NCBI GenBank assembly: GCA_028023455.1
Contig: JAQFVV010000009.1
Coordinates: 3,472,001 to 3,536,000 of the forward strand
Reading direction: 5' to 3'
Origin: Epiperipatus broadwayi
Lineage: Eukaryota; Animalia; Onychophora
DNA: 64,000 nucleotides
A model generated the notes under the pieces. That model ran no database searches. It saw only the letters and a program-made list of their open reading frames with translations, and was not told the origin of the DNA. Numbering within the stretch: position 1 is the stretch's first letter; each line of letters opens with the position of its first letter. Positions 51,150-64,000 of the stretch are shown here, one piece after another. The position numbers and the translations under genes are program-made.

Positions 51150-51595
51150 AATTTGATAAATGCATTAACATTTTTCTGGAAACGTGTTTTTTTATTATTA
51201 TAAATTTTACTCTTAAGCATCTTGATCCGATACATATTAAATGTTCATTGGTAGGTATAGTAGTATAAATGAAAGTATACTTTACTTAAGTAATTAGAAA
51301 TTAATCTCATAATAATTACAACATTCTTAATTGCAGTGAGCTTTTGTAATACTGCTCACATTTATAATTTATACTTAAATTACTGTTAAAATGTTATAAG
51401 TTTCAATTAATTTGATATATGCATCAACATTTTTCTGGAAATCTGTTTTTTCTTTTGTAAATTTTATTCTTAAGCATGTTGCTTGGATACACAATTCACT
51501 GGTAGTTGTAGTAATATAAATGCAATATTCTTAATTGTAGTGTGCTTTTCTGGTATTGTTCATATTTACCATTTAGAAATAAATTACAGTTAAAA
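51150..51595 (+). repeat. Diverged ~260-bp tandem duplication
   Basis: taatttgata(a/t)atgcat(t/c)aacatttttctggaaa at ~51150 and ~51408. Confidence 0.8.
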
Positions 51596-51675
51596 ATAAT
51601 ATATCTATATTCAATGTGTTAGAAACAATTTCTATATGATAAATAACTTCTATTTTTATATATAATTCAACCATA

Positions 51676-53739
51676 TGTTTTGTACTGGTCACTTCTTCAC
51701 TTCTTTTGATCACCGAGGGTGCCACTAGATCACTAACAATCTAAACAATTTAATTAACAGTGATTAAAAATTTAATGATGATGATGAATGCTACCAGCTA
51801 GATCCAGTGAGAAAAGAGAATTGAGAAAAGAATATAGAGACAAACATCAGCCAAGATAATTTTAAACAACTTCATAATTTATTAAATTCAAAATAAAAAT
51901 AAAATTTCAAGCAAATGAAAGTATAAGATTTGACCTAGATTTCTCTAGTGTATTTATCCAAAGGTGTATGTGAGAATTGAATGTTTAATACCATGGCAGA
52001 CAAGTTCATTTTCTCACCTATGATTTAAAGAGGGATTTATAATATCTTCCCACTAGTGATTTATAAAAACTAATTCCAGTTTTCTCATTTAGAGATTGCA
52101 AAACAAAAGAGAATCTTCCTTTGTCTGGAAAAGGAACATCAGGACCAAGAACATCATATGTCTTCAGAACAGCCCATGATAACCACATTCAAGATTATCA
52201 AGGTTGACTCTAATACAAGACTAGTAAACCTAACATGAAAAGATTACAATTTTACATAATCTTAAATAGAAGCAAACAAAATCTCTGAACTAGGAAACAC
52301 AGAACATTATATTTAATAAATCACCAGCCAAAAGATTTGTGGTCTGCAGAAAAATACAACCAAACCTAACTAAACTAATTATAACAAAAGGGACAGATGA
52401 GTTAAAAAAGTATGAATGGCTGCCAAAGCATTTATCAAAGGTTAGTAATACAAAGAATAATAGGAAAAAAACATTAAGCATATAAAAATAGAAACTCACA
52501 ATACACTTTTAGATAAATAAATTAAAAATATGGAATCTTAAAACTAAGATCGCAATACACACTTCAAGTACAATAATAAAAAAAATACAAAAAATAATTA
52601 AAAATATATATTAAAGGAATATTCAAAATTTATAATAAAGAGCAGTTTCTTTTAAGATTAAGCTGAGACTTTAACAGAAAATTAAACCCTGGTTAGAATA
52701 TGAAAAACTTTTACATTGAGGCTTAATGTAAAGTCCATCAGATTTCCTTCAGTGGGATGAGCAAAGTTCTTTCAAATTTGAGTCCATCATGAAGGCTTTT
52801 GATTTCTATCTCTTTGGTAGGGAGTATGGAAGCAAGCTTTGGATCAGTTATTGTTTAGGCTTTTATGACATGATCTTGAAGGAACAACTCAAAATTTGGG
52901 ACCCATCCATCTTTGGGTTGATTTAGCACTGCATGTTGTAGAAAGATTCCTCCTGAGTTGTAATTTTAGCACTCTGCAGAGAGGATAGCTATTTAGCAAC
53001 TAGAAGTCAGTAATCTGATTTCAGCAGTATTTCCAGTCAGCATTTAGTAGAAAGGTAATATGAGCAATGATGATGTCCAGATGTGAACAACAACAATCTT
53101 TGAAATTTAAGGCAGCATGACAATTAGAAAAGGTATCACTGGTAGTGTACTAAAAGCTGAAGCAATAGTCATAATAAGCTGAATATAAAAACAAGAAGCC
53201 GAATAATAAACAGTCCAAAATTCCAGGGCTATTTATGTGCACTCTTATCTCCCACATCATCTTTAATTAGAATTTTTTTCCCAGGGCAAATCTCTATCTC
53301 AGACTTAATCTTAATTTTAAAAAATCAGACCAGGGCTTCTATGTTAGCCAAGATTAATTAAAAAAAGTAAATGCAAAATTAAGTCAGCTTTTCTTTTTAA
53401 AAATGAAATAAAAATAGATTACAATCAAAAGTAAAAGAACCAGAAATGCAAACAAAACTTTCAAAATTAAGATACTCTTTTCAAAACATTTAAATTAGAA
53501 TGTTTTTACAAATAGATTTTAAAAAAAGATTTTAAACAAAAATCTTTTGAAAATAAAAATCAAAGAATTTTAACATGTAAACAAGTATGTGTCTTATTGC
53601 ATGTACTCGAATACATAAAAAATAATAATAAAGAAAATTTTTAAATAGTTTTATTTTAAAACTTTATAAAAAGAAATAAAAATTACTTTTAATTTTGCAA
53701 TGTAACTTTTGAAGCAGATAAAGCATCTGGTTCAATACA
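51676..53739 (-). mobile_element. 2064-bp solo-LTR-like element, copy 2
   Basis: Minus-strand termini TGTATTG...CAAAACA, flanked by a 4-bp duplication CATA (51672-51675, 53740-53743). Colinear with 29917-32104. Confidence 0.8.
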
Positions 53740-54225
53740 CATACTTATAATGAATTTTTCAAAAATCCTGTTCATAGTGCAGTTTAAAAATGCCTTATGT
53801 AAGCTGAATATATAGCATCTGCTCTCTCACTCTATCACCAAAACTTGCCTGCTTTTTTATTTAAGTATTTATAATATAGCTTAACTGAAAAACTATTTAA
53901 AATAAATAAGTTTAAAAGCAATTATAATAAATATAAAATCCTATTTGTAGCTACCTGAATGTTCCATGATAAATAAAACATAATGTTAGTTTTTTTCCTT
54001 AATATAGAAGCATGTGAAATTCTATAAGGTATTTCCATAAATACTGCATTATATTTCTCATGTATATTGCTTTATAAATCTTTATATATCTTTTGGGGGG
54101 ATGGAATTAAACAATTATATTCATAGGAAATTAAAATCAAAAAGTCATTACACAATTTAATAGATTGCACTCCAACTATAACATAATAATAAGATAATCA
54201 AATGATTTATTGTTTTTGGGAATTC

Positions 54226-54409
54226 ATAAAAAATTATAATTATAAATATGCGATTTTTTTCGCATGCATTAGTGAAGCTGTAATTATACTATAATTATAT
54301 ATATAAGCATTTATTTTATATAGCGTATGTTTACTATAATTATAGTATAATTACAGCTTCACTAACACATGCAAAAAAAAAAATCACATATTTATAATTA
54401 CAATTTTTA
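54226..54409. repeat. ~185-bp palindromic element (small MITE)
   Basis: ttagtgaagctgtaattatactataattat / ataattatagtataattacagcttcactaa, plus outer arms. Confidence 0.85.
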
Positions 54410-54447
54410 TTGGTGAAGAGAAAACAATTTATTATAAAAAAATTATA

Positions 54448-54516
54448 GCATTCAGCTGGACTGCAATCCATAGATTTTGAGACCCAAAGTCTACCTTCTT
54501 ACCACTACTTTAAACC
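54448..54516 (-). mobile_element. Degenerate tRNA-derived SINE head
   Basis: Minus strand GTAGTGGTAAG (A-box-like), AGACTTTGGGTCT (anticodon-arm-like), GATTGCAGTCC (B-box-like). Confidence 0.45.
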
Positions 54517-55099
54517 ATATCTTTATATCAGTTTAATGTTACAATATCCATATATAATTCAACAACACAGTGGATCTTGAGGTATTAATTAATAATTATA
54601 TTCCAATTGCTATTTTTGCTTGTGGTAAGAATTTCAAAAAAGTTTGCTAATAAATTGTTTCTCAAAATTTGATATTTCACTACTGATATTTTGAAAATGA
54701 AACCAGCATATGACCATACCAAATGGATGGAATTTTATGTGTAGGAATATATAGAGAAAGCTAGGAATATTAAAAATTTGCTCCAGCACATTATTAGTGC
54801 CGAATATTATTAACATTAATGATATTATTAGGAATTATTGTGGATATATTGAAGAAATTCTGTAAATAAAAGTATTTATTTTGATTTTATAGTTGTTTTA
54901 TCCATATTCTTTCCTTCCAAAATATTTATTCAGGTTAATGTTATACAAGTAGATGAAAGTTGTTGTGATACATGATATTCATTCTTTATGTGTAAAGTGT
55001 TGACATTGAAACTAGTGTATAATTTTGTTTAAACAGACTTAATAAGTGTGTGTTAGTTTGTTGGACTATTAATAGGTCCTTCTGTTTTTTTAAGGGATT

Positions 55100-55790
55100 A
55101 TTTATACTTCGAATAAGATCCAGGTGTCTTCATGTCGGTTTGGTGAGGCCATGACTTTGTCTCTTTTCTTTAGTTTCTTGATTGTATTTAGAAAGAATTT
55201 TGTCTTATTTTGTTGAGAGAAGTGGAAGATTTTGTGGCATCTCATCAACCATAAGGCCATTGTGAGGAAAAGTGACAGTCTTACAATGGCAAAATTTTAG
55301 TTTGGATACTACTCTTCAGGGATGTAATTGTGTAGTAATCAATTTTTGTCCTTTCATAAATGATTTTTTTTATGTGTTTAGGCCTGTGCATGTTCTAATT
55401 AAATGGGTAAAGGTTTGCTCATCTTTTCCGCATAGTTGACATATGGGATTTAGTTTTGTGATCCCTCTTCTGTAATTCAGGAAGCAATTCATGGGCATGG
55501 AATCCATGTTTATTTTGATAGCAAGATCAAAGTATTTTGGTTTCACGTCCCAGAATTTGAAGAGACTTGCTATCTTTTGATTTGTGATTGATAGTGCTCT
55601 TCTATTGGTGGTAAGCTCGGGAAAATGAGGGAGTAGGCATTCCAGATTTTTAATTTGTTTATGAATGCTTGCTCGGATAATTTTAGATGTTTTTTAAGGT
55701 TATTAATAATTGTGTCTAACCAGTTAATTTTAATTGAAAGATTTTGCATGAAAAATATCTTGCCTCTCAAACCAGTGACACTTGTTTTTC
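55100..55790 (-). pseudogene. L1/Tx1-like ORF2 C-terminal fragment with CCHC motif
   Basis: Minus strand NPICQLCGKDEQTFTHLIRTC. Confidence 0.7.
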
Positions 55791-56648
55791 AACAGGTATA
55801 TAATTCCATATTAGTCATCATATGATTGTTGATTAGGGTAAAATGTATTAACATTATGTAACCTGAGTAATTACTTTCACTTTTGTAATACTAATCAATC
55901 TTAATTTGAATTTTTCATGTCATTGTTAAGTTTTTTTTACCTCCCTTAAATAAAATCATGTTTATACTTTTTTACAGCACATTCTAGTGGAACTTTATAG
56001 TTTCATATTAAATTGGTTTCTAGTGAATGACATCTAGATGTTATGTCAGTTGGATAAATACCAACAATAATGAATTTTCTTTATTGCTGTGATACTTTTT
56101 TTTTTTGCTGCTTGGTAATATCTTACTTTCAGGAGTAGATTTTCTAAAAGTGGAACTCTTGTGAAAGGATAAAAATGGTTTGAGATTAACAGTTACATAC
56201 TTGTTCAATAACTACTTCATAGACCAAGGACTAGTCTGAAAGTGTCTTTAAAAGTAATATCAAGAACAGCCAATATTTGTCTGGAGTGATTACCAAACAT
56301 GATGTTACCCAAAGAGTTCCAACAGAGCTATGTTATATAAAATATCTTATATTGACTTTTTTTCTTTGATCTAATGTAGCAAATTGAAGTAGGACATTTA
56401 TCTTAAAAGTACAAGATTGAAGTTTTTATCTAACTTTTGACTATTACTATATTAGTCATCAGTTGACTGTAAGTTCTAGTTCTCATAGATGATCTATAAA
56501 TTCTTTATCATTTTTTGATTAGATAAAGCAATGATGTAACTTTAATCTTTTACTCTTTATACATTTTACTAAAAATAACTTTCCCACCAATTTCTATGAA
56601 ACCACAATCAATAGAACATTTTCATTAAATTCATATATATTAGTCTGC

Positions 56649-56859
56649 AAAACTCAGTGCCAACCAGAGCAATCAATGGATGACAGAAGGGTTGTGCATA
56701 AAATCCCCATCTAGTGCCTACTCATCCAATATCCCCAGACTAGTTTCTGACTTGTGGCATTCATTGATTACTCTGGTTGGCACTGAGTGGCACTACTGTA
56801 TGGAGAGTTTTGCATGTGTTAATAACAGATGTGCTAGCATAAGAAATGGTGATCATGTG
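56649..56859. mobile_element. 211-bp inverted insertion of the 9109-family retrozyme-like repeat
   Basis: Highly similar to 9147-9300, with an orientation switch at ~56760. Perfect 13-bp TSD tatattagtctgc at 56636-56648 and 56860-56872. Confidence 0.9.
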
Positions 56860-57299
56860 TATATTAGTCTGCTTAATCAATGCAATTTTCAAATAATTCT
56901 GATAGATTGATTAAATTATAGTTCTACTTTAAGAACATTTATATAATAACATGTGTATCTTACATCACTTGAAATATTATGTGTGTTTATATATTGCTAA
57001 ATAACATTATGAATGTTTACATATATCACTAACAACATTGTGTCTATTTATATATTGATGATAACTTCTTTTATTCTTTGAAAATACATATACAGTACAC
57101 ACACACACATATATATATATATATATTTCTTTTAAAACTATTAATCAAACAGATATGTGACATTGTTTGAAATTAATTGGTTATCTATCAAAATTTATTT
57201 ATATTGCACAGTTTCTACATGACTAAATAAGAGAAAGTATTATGATTATAGATGGAAAATATGAGACATTTGAAATAAAAATTAGTATCAAACATGGAT

Positions 57300-57437
57300 A
57301 TATATATATATATATTGTTTCAATTTTTGCGACACTGGTCTAGACAATTTTGGAAAGCATGGGAATTAAACATGGACCATTAAATTCTTCAGTATTAAAT
57401 TTTAAGATAATGCTCTAACCAAGTGAGCCATCTTGCC
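57300..57437 (-). mobile_element. tRNA-derived SINE (head plus TA-rich tail)
   Basis: Minus strand GGCAAGATGGCTCACTTGGTTAGAGCA (A box) ... GTTTAATTCC (B box). Confidence 0.6.
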
Positions 57438-57489
57438 AAAGGCAATAGTCAATAAAAATTTCATATACTTATCTGTGAGGTTCATTCTG

Positions 57490-58215
57490 ATTCCTTCATT
57501 TTTTTCTAAGAGCAAAGTTGATTAGTGGTTTCCATACATGTATAGTCACACTAGATTGACTTATGGGACTGTTTGTCATTATCATGTGAGCAGTTTCTTT
57601 AAATTTTCTTCTTTGTACCTTTTCTTCTTTATCTAATATTTTTGTATTTACCCAATTGAACAGATATTCATTGGTAAACCATGGTCTGCTATCTTAGAGA
57701 CAACTGTTTTCTCTCTTCTAATCATCAGCTTGTGTTCTTGCAAGCACATTTCAATGGAATGACTGATCCCAACAATATACATTCTTCCACATTCACATGA
57801 TATTTCATAGATGCAGTTTTTTCTTTTCAGCATTTCATCTTTAGGCTTTGTAGATGTTAGAATTCCTCATAGTGTCATATGCCTCTGGACAGCTGTTCTG
57901 ATGTTATACTGATTGCAGATTTTCCTTAATTTGTTTACTATTTTTTGGTATGTATGGGTACACTACAATATCAATAATTGTTTTTTCTTTTGATGGTTCT
58001 TTTTGTTGTTTATTTAAAGGTTTTCTTAACAACAGCTGATAGATAACCATTTTTCATAAGAGTTTGTTCTATATAGATCTTTTCTTTTTTCAAATCACTG
58101 GGTTCTGAACAAACTTCTTTTTCTTTATTCCATAGTAATAGTATAACTCCATGTTTTGTGCTTCTGGCATGATTGGATGTATAGATTAAATATTTTTCTG
58201 TAGGAAAACATTGAC
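57490..58215 (-). pseudogene. Penelope-like element 3' fragment (RT thumb, linker, GIY-YIG endonuclease)
   Basis: TSNHARSTKHGVI, KNGY, PYIP, CIYEISCECGRMYI, EHKLMI, NWVNTKILDKEE..RRKFKET. Confidence 0.9.
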
Positions 58216-58720
58216 GTCTAATTATTACAATATAATTTCAGGCAGAGAACTTAATTCACATAATAACAAAAAATCAAACATATGGCATAAAAAACGAATG
58301 AACTCAATTGTATTTAGTTAGGCAAGAAATTACTGATCTTTTTAGAATCTTTTAAAATAATATTCTAAAAAAATCCTGTTTGATATGTTTACTATAATAT
58401 TTAGCTAAAAACAATTAATGTTTCATAAAATTTACAGGTATGAATAATAAAACTATAAATTAATTATGTTATATACAATATATATGAAAATTGGAAATTG
58501 GGGGGAAAATTTTTTTATAACTTCAATAATCTCGACTTAATTTGTTAATGGTAAACTATGAAATTATAATGTGTCTAAATATGTTAATCAATAAGTTATC
58601 ATTTGCTTTGACAAATAATAAGCTGTATTTTTTTAAGGATTATTTTATATAAAAGTAATGGAGGAGTATTGAGCTTTCAGCATGGGTATGGAAAATAAAG
58701 TATATGGTATTTCTATTCAC

Positions 58721-58811
58721 CAAACAATCAAAGATTGTTCGTAAAATACATGGTAGTGAAAGAAGGTAATTCTTTGGTTTTGCGTTAACGGATAGTTGCG
58801 ATATGATGGAA
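58721..58811 (-). other. Candidate isolated coding exon (unidentified)
   Basis: Pyrimidine-rich cacag acceptor, 91 nt open as PSYRNYPLTQNQRITFFHYHVFYEQSLIV, then a GTGAAT donor. Local CpG retention. Confidence 0.2.
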
Positions 58812-59717
58812 CTGTGATGAAGGTTGAACAGATACAAATGAAAATGATTTAATATTATTATACTTGTTTATTTACTGAAACGTTTACCATAAAAAAGAGA
58901 GAGACAGAGAAACATTTTTTAAAAAAGATAGACTTATGAAAAATGTTAAGATAAGAGATATTTCATTTAATATTATCTAGTCACCAGATTTCAAACTATT
59001 TTTATTTTTTAAAAAAGCGCTTAAACAATAAAATATCTTTTAAAATTCTGTTTCCAAATTTAGATTTCATTTTTCATCTTTTTTTATGTTATTTGAATTT
59101 TATATTTGAATTGGTCATTTGAAAATTAAACTCGTTGGCCATTTTTGTTTCTAAATTGAAAACATTTTAAGTAAAATAAATAAAAAGATATATCAAAAGT
59201 GACATTTCAATTAAAAATTGTATATTTTTTATTATAACTATTCATTTATATATCTAAAGATATAAAAAAAATAAAAAATATGTAAGCATGGTTTATATAT
59301 AAATTTTATTCTACGCAAACACAAGTCAATTTATTTTTGTTTTATTATATATATATAGAGAGAGAGCAAGAAAGAGAGAGATATGAAAAGAGAATAAAAG
59401 AAAAAATTGTTAATAATCATATTATAAAGTGTATGTTTAAAAATATATAATAAATTAATATTTAATGAAATCTTCAAATTAATAAATGATTAGTAATAAT
59501 CATTAATGCATTTATGTGAAGTGATTGGCAACAAACTTGTGAAAGAAAGTTTGACACTTATAAATCAAATTGTAATAATTTTAAAAATTAACATGAAAGT
59601 TTCTTTCAATATACTTTTCAAAGAATTTATTTCTAAAAATATTATTTTAATAATAACAATAAATTACTTTTAAAAAAATAGCTAATTGTATAATTTTTTT
59701 TTTTTCAAATTTTTAGT

Positions 59718-61801
59718 GAGACAATAATTATTAGGAAAAATAATATTTACAGTTGATATTCCTAATCTTCAGAAACATTCTAATAAATTTAAATTAGAAC
59801 TTACAAATCGGCTTCAAATATTAGTAGATTTTGAATATGATTCAGATTTGAATGAAATTAATATGAAAGTAACTGATACATGTTTAAAAACTGCAACAAA
59901 GATCACTGGTAGAAAAAAGCAGCAATTGACCAATAAATTTCTATTGACACTAGAGAATTTATAAAGAAAAGGAGGAATATGAAGATATACAAAAATGACG
60001 CATTAAAAAGAATTGAATATCTCAAATTTTGTAAAATAGTGTGGAAAGAGTTGAAAATGATATAAGAAAATATAACTGTGAACTAGCAAGGAAAGCTGTA
60101 GAAGAGAATAAAAGTCTCAAGAGTGTAAAACAACATTTTGGTATTGGTAGGAAATTTATATCTGCAATAAGAAAAAAAGATGGAATTATTACTAAAAAGA
60201 GAGATGACATCATGAAATGGGTAGAAGACCTTTATCAAGAATTATATAGTAATAAAGAACAAGTACCTTCTTTATCTATTATATCTTCTGAATTGCCCAG
60301 AATTTTAAATGAAGAAGTGAGACATGCAATTAAATGTATGAAGAAAGGAAAGACTCCAGGTAATTATGAAATTATAATTGATATATTAAAAGAAGCAGAT
60401 GAAAAAGTAAATTTTTTTTACCAAAGTTATATACCAAATGTGTAAATGATAAAGATGTACCAGATATTGAAAGAATGCAGTATTAATATTAATATTTAAA
60501 AAAGGTGATAAAGAAGATATTAGAAATTACAGACCTATCAGTCTTTTATCAGTTTTATACAAAATTTTTACTAAGATAATTACAACTCGTTTACAGAGAA
60601 CATTTGATTTTCCATCAATCAAGAGAACAAGCTGGATTTAAAAGTTGTTTTAGTACAGTAAATCATATTCAGGTATTGAGAGAAGTTATAGAAAGGACAA
60701 ATGAATATGAGTTGCCATTATGCTTTGGATTTGTAGATTATAAAAAGGCATTTGATTCTATAGACATTTCTTCAGTGATTAAAGCATTGGATCATCAAAG
60801 TATCGATCCAGGATATTGTCATATTTTAAAGAATATTTATAAAAATGCAGCAGCAACAATTAGATTACATAATGATACTAGGAAAGTCAACATTGAGAAA
60901 GGTGTAAGACAGGGTGACTCCATATCTTCAAAACTTTTTATAGCAGTGCTGCAAGAAATGATTTTGTGGATTAAAATGGGAAGCTAAAGAGTGAAAGTAA
61001 ATGGAGATTATTTAAGTCATTTAGATTTAGCAGATGATATAGTTGTTTTTACAAATAATGCTTTAGAGTTGCAGAAAATGTTGCAGGAGTTATCAGATGA
61101 AAGTAGGAAAGTAGGATTAAAGATAAATGTTAAAAAGACTAAAGTAATGTTTAATGGATTTTTTCAAAATATGAAAATAAAGATTGATTATGATGAGTTA
61201 GAAGAAGTTAACAGTTACAAATACCTTGGTAAGATTATTAATACAGAGATGAAAACATAATGGATGAAATTAATCATAGAATTAAACTTGGGTGGAGTGC
61301 TTTTGATAGAAATAACTTGATACTAAAAGGAAATATGCCTATGTGTTTGAAAATGAAGATTTTTAATAAATGTGTTTTACCAGTTCTTACTTATGGACCT
61401 GAGACTTAGACACTTAATATAAGAGCAATACAGAGACTTCATATCATTCAAGGAAGCATGGAGAGAAGCATGTTGAGAGTAACAAGAAGAGATCGAAAAT
61501 GTAATATATGGGTAAGAGAACAAACAGATGTTACTGGCCTCATTGAAAAAATTAAAAACCTAAAGTGGAGTTGGGTTGGACATATTGCTGGAAGAGATGA
61601 TAATAGATGGATAATTGAAATTAAACTGGATTCCAAGAGATTGTAAAAGACCCAGAAAGACACCACATGTGATATGGATGGATGAAATAAGAAAGTGTGC
61701 AGGAATGATGTGGAGAAGATAAGCTAAAAATCAGAGAAGATGGATTGAACTTGGAGAGATCTTCATCCTGCAGTGGATAGATAATGGTTGATGATGATGA
61801 T
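59718..61801 (+). mobile_element. 5'-truncated RTE LINE, same family as 4545-7503
   Basis: Colinear with 5420-7503; GVRQGDSISS, HLDLADDIVV, YKYLG; (TGA)n tail. Possible TSD tataattttttttt at both ends. Confidence 0.95.
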
Positions 61802-61979
61802 ATAATTTTTTTTTAAACATATTAATAAATAAAACAATTATAATGAAAATAAATACAATAAAACCATAGATTCATATATGATTATAAAAATTTCATTAAA
61901 AAATGGCAGATCTAATAACTAATATTAATACATATCTCCTGATCTAATTTTGTCATCTTGTATACATTTAAGCAATCAA

Positions 61980-63250
61980 AGAATGCCAGATAGAACAGCT
62001 TAATAAATCCCAATCAAGTATTGTTCTATTCATCTCCTCAGACTAATTTCTAGCTTATACTTCTCTCCTTTTTTCTTTTTTTGGGATATAATTACACTTT
62101 TTCTATAAAAATCATCATTTACTCATTTTTTATTATCAGCCTGAAATTCAAAATAAACTTAATGTTTTGAATTTATACCAACTTGCTTACCTAGTTATAT
62201 AAATCTAATACTAGTTTACCATATTTATTCAGTAGATTGAATATTTACTATAGTAAATATAGGGATTTGAACTTAGAATTTTTAGTCTATATTCATTCTC
62301 CACTTCATTTTAAACAACCAATACACATGACCACACAATATAAGAAAGATAAATGATCCCAATATATGCATTTCATGCAGAACCAGTACTCATCACTTAG
62401 GCCAGATCATAATCTCCCACACATATATACAATTAGTGCTCAACTTATATTAAGATAGCAATTTCTTAAACTTTAATGGACAGGCTTCAATTTTCTCACC
62501 TCTCCAACAATTCAACCATTCATTTCATTGAAAAACCAGTGATGGAATGCTTGAAGTCCTCAATGGATTTAAATATTGTAGTCATAATCTAATCCTCATA
62601 TTATTAGAGCATTACTTATCCATTTATATTAATAGGAAAGAAATGGGCTGTACTTATATTATGATATAGTTTATTACCAAGGTAATATGTATAAGTCCAG
62701 CCCATTCCTCTTCTATTAATATAAATATATACATAATAGTTCAATATATATTAAAGGTTAATTTGACATAATGTCTACATAGTTATGAATACAATATCAA
62801 ATCCACCAAGGGTTTTGAGCATTCCATTGTTTGTTTTTTTAATAAAATGCTTGGTTGAATTGTTGGAGGGGTGAGAAAATTGAAGTCTACCAATTAAAGT
62901 TTAACAAATTGTTATCTTAATATAAGCATGTATATAAATGTAGGATATTATGATCTGGTTCAATTGATGAGTGCTGGTTCTGTCAAAATACATTTAATTG
63001 GGGATAATTTATCTTATTTGCATGTGTGTGGTTACATGTATCAATTGATTGAGATGGAGCAGAAAATGAATGTAGACTAAAATCTAAATATAAATTGAAA
63101 ATCCTAAGTTTAAATCCCTCTATTTACTAACTCTAGTTTGATAAATATTCCATTATTTATATAGTGCAAGAAAAGTTGTAAAACACATGACCAAAGGAAA
63201 TATTTTTTCTTTATAATATAACACTAGTTTGTTATCTACTGCAGTTTTAG
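61980..63250. mobile_element. Old ~1 kb fold-back with an eroded hammerhead half at its left end
   Basis: 62235-62670 is the reverse complement of 62690-63150. Minus strand 62030-62060 (gctagaaattagtctgagg) matches the 3' half of the family hammerhead. Confidence 0.65.
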
Positions 63251-64000
63251 TATCTTCAATTTTTAAAAAACTGTAGATACTTATATTTCTTAGCCAGAAT
63301 TGTTATAATATAAACAAAATATTAAATGATCTCTGCATCCACATTACTTTTAAATAGCAAATTTATTTCTCTTATTTCATTTTTGACATGTTTGCATAAA
63401 GTGGAATAATCAATCAATTCTATATGGAAGAGCTTATTCAATTTCAATCCAGTGTTATTCTGACTATGATTCCAAACTAGTTTCTGACTTATGATTTTTT
63501 TGGATCTGAATTTAGTGCAACCTGGATGGGAGGGCTTAGGTAGCATAAGTTTGCTTCTAAAATTATTCTCTGAGTTAAGACATGTTTGGTCTATTTAAAA
63601 TACATATAAAATAAATCTAATTTGACATAATCAAATAAGTAAAACAAGCAACATTTCCATTCTTACAGTGACAATAATAATAATCTCTGTCAAACCTATT
63701 CATTTTAAATTGGGAGACATTTTTGCCATGAAATTGAAAATTTTCTTTTTATGTATTTGCAAAGATTTTATTAAATAAACTCTTGAATAAATATTTATTT
63801 AGAAGTTAATATTAAAACATCTAATTTACAAATACATCAAATACAATTTTTCACAATTATTTAAAACAAATATTACTTGATTAATTTAATTATAAAATAT
63901 TTGCCTATTAATTATAAAATATTAGTCATTATATTAGAATATTAATAAAAAATATAAATCCTATTAGTGTATACAAATAATGTTCTACTCAACCTTTTAG

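Noticed and set aside
54448-57437. Functional tRNA genes at 54448-54516 and 57350-57437
   Set aside because: No complete cloverleaf or acceptor stem and degenerate B boxes. They are better explained as SINE heads.
1859-63546. Remaining 60-120 aa ORFs in the supplied track
   Set aside because: They are low-complexity F/I/L/K/N/Y-rich products of AT-rich DNA, or antisense and off-frame pieces of the retroelements above.

Overview
Very AT-rich, CpG-depleted animal genomic DNA (probably an invertebrate; arthropod is a guess from a TATA + TCAGTT promoter). No intact host gene is recognisable, and most ORF-track entries are either spurious or fragments of decayed retroelements. The window is a nest of mobile DNA. 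It holds three copies of one RTE-clade LINE plus other LINE remnants, an L1/Tx1-like LINE, two Penelope-like elements (one with the full direct + inverted repeat architecture) and a decayed Ty3/Gypsy LTR element with gag remnants. It also holds hAT and Tc1/mariner-type MITEs and tRNA-derived SINE heads. Two things stand out. (1) A family of 370-450 nt non-coding, hammerhead-ribozyme-bearing (retrozyme/Penelope-terminus-like) repeats inserts as fold-backs with 13-bp target duplications and carries non-canonical hammerhead cores. (2) Two diverged ~2.1 kb solo-LTR-like elements (29.9-32.1 kb and 51.7-53.7 kb) share a TATA promoter bracketed by inverted repeats, a splice donor, a poly(A) signal and hairpins with compensatory base changes. 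All coordinates and identities were read by eye and may be off by a few bases.
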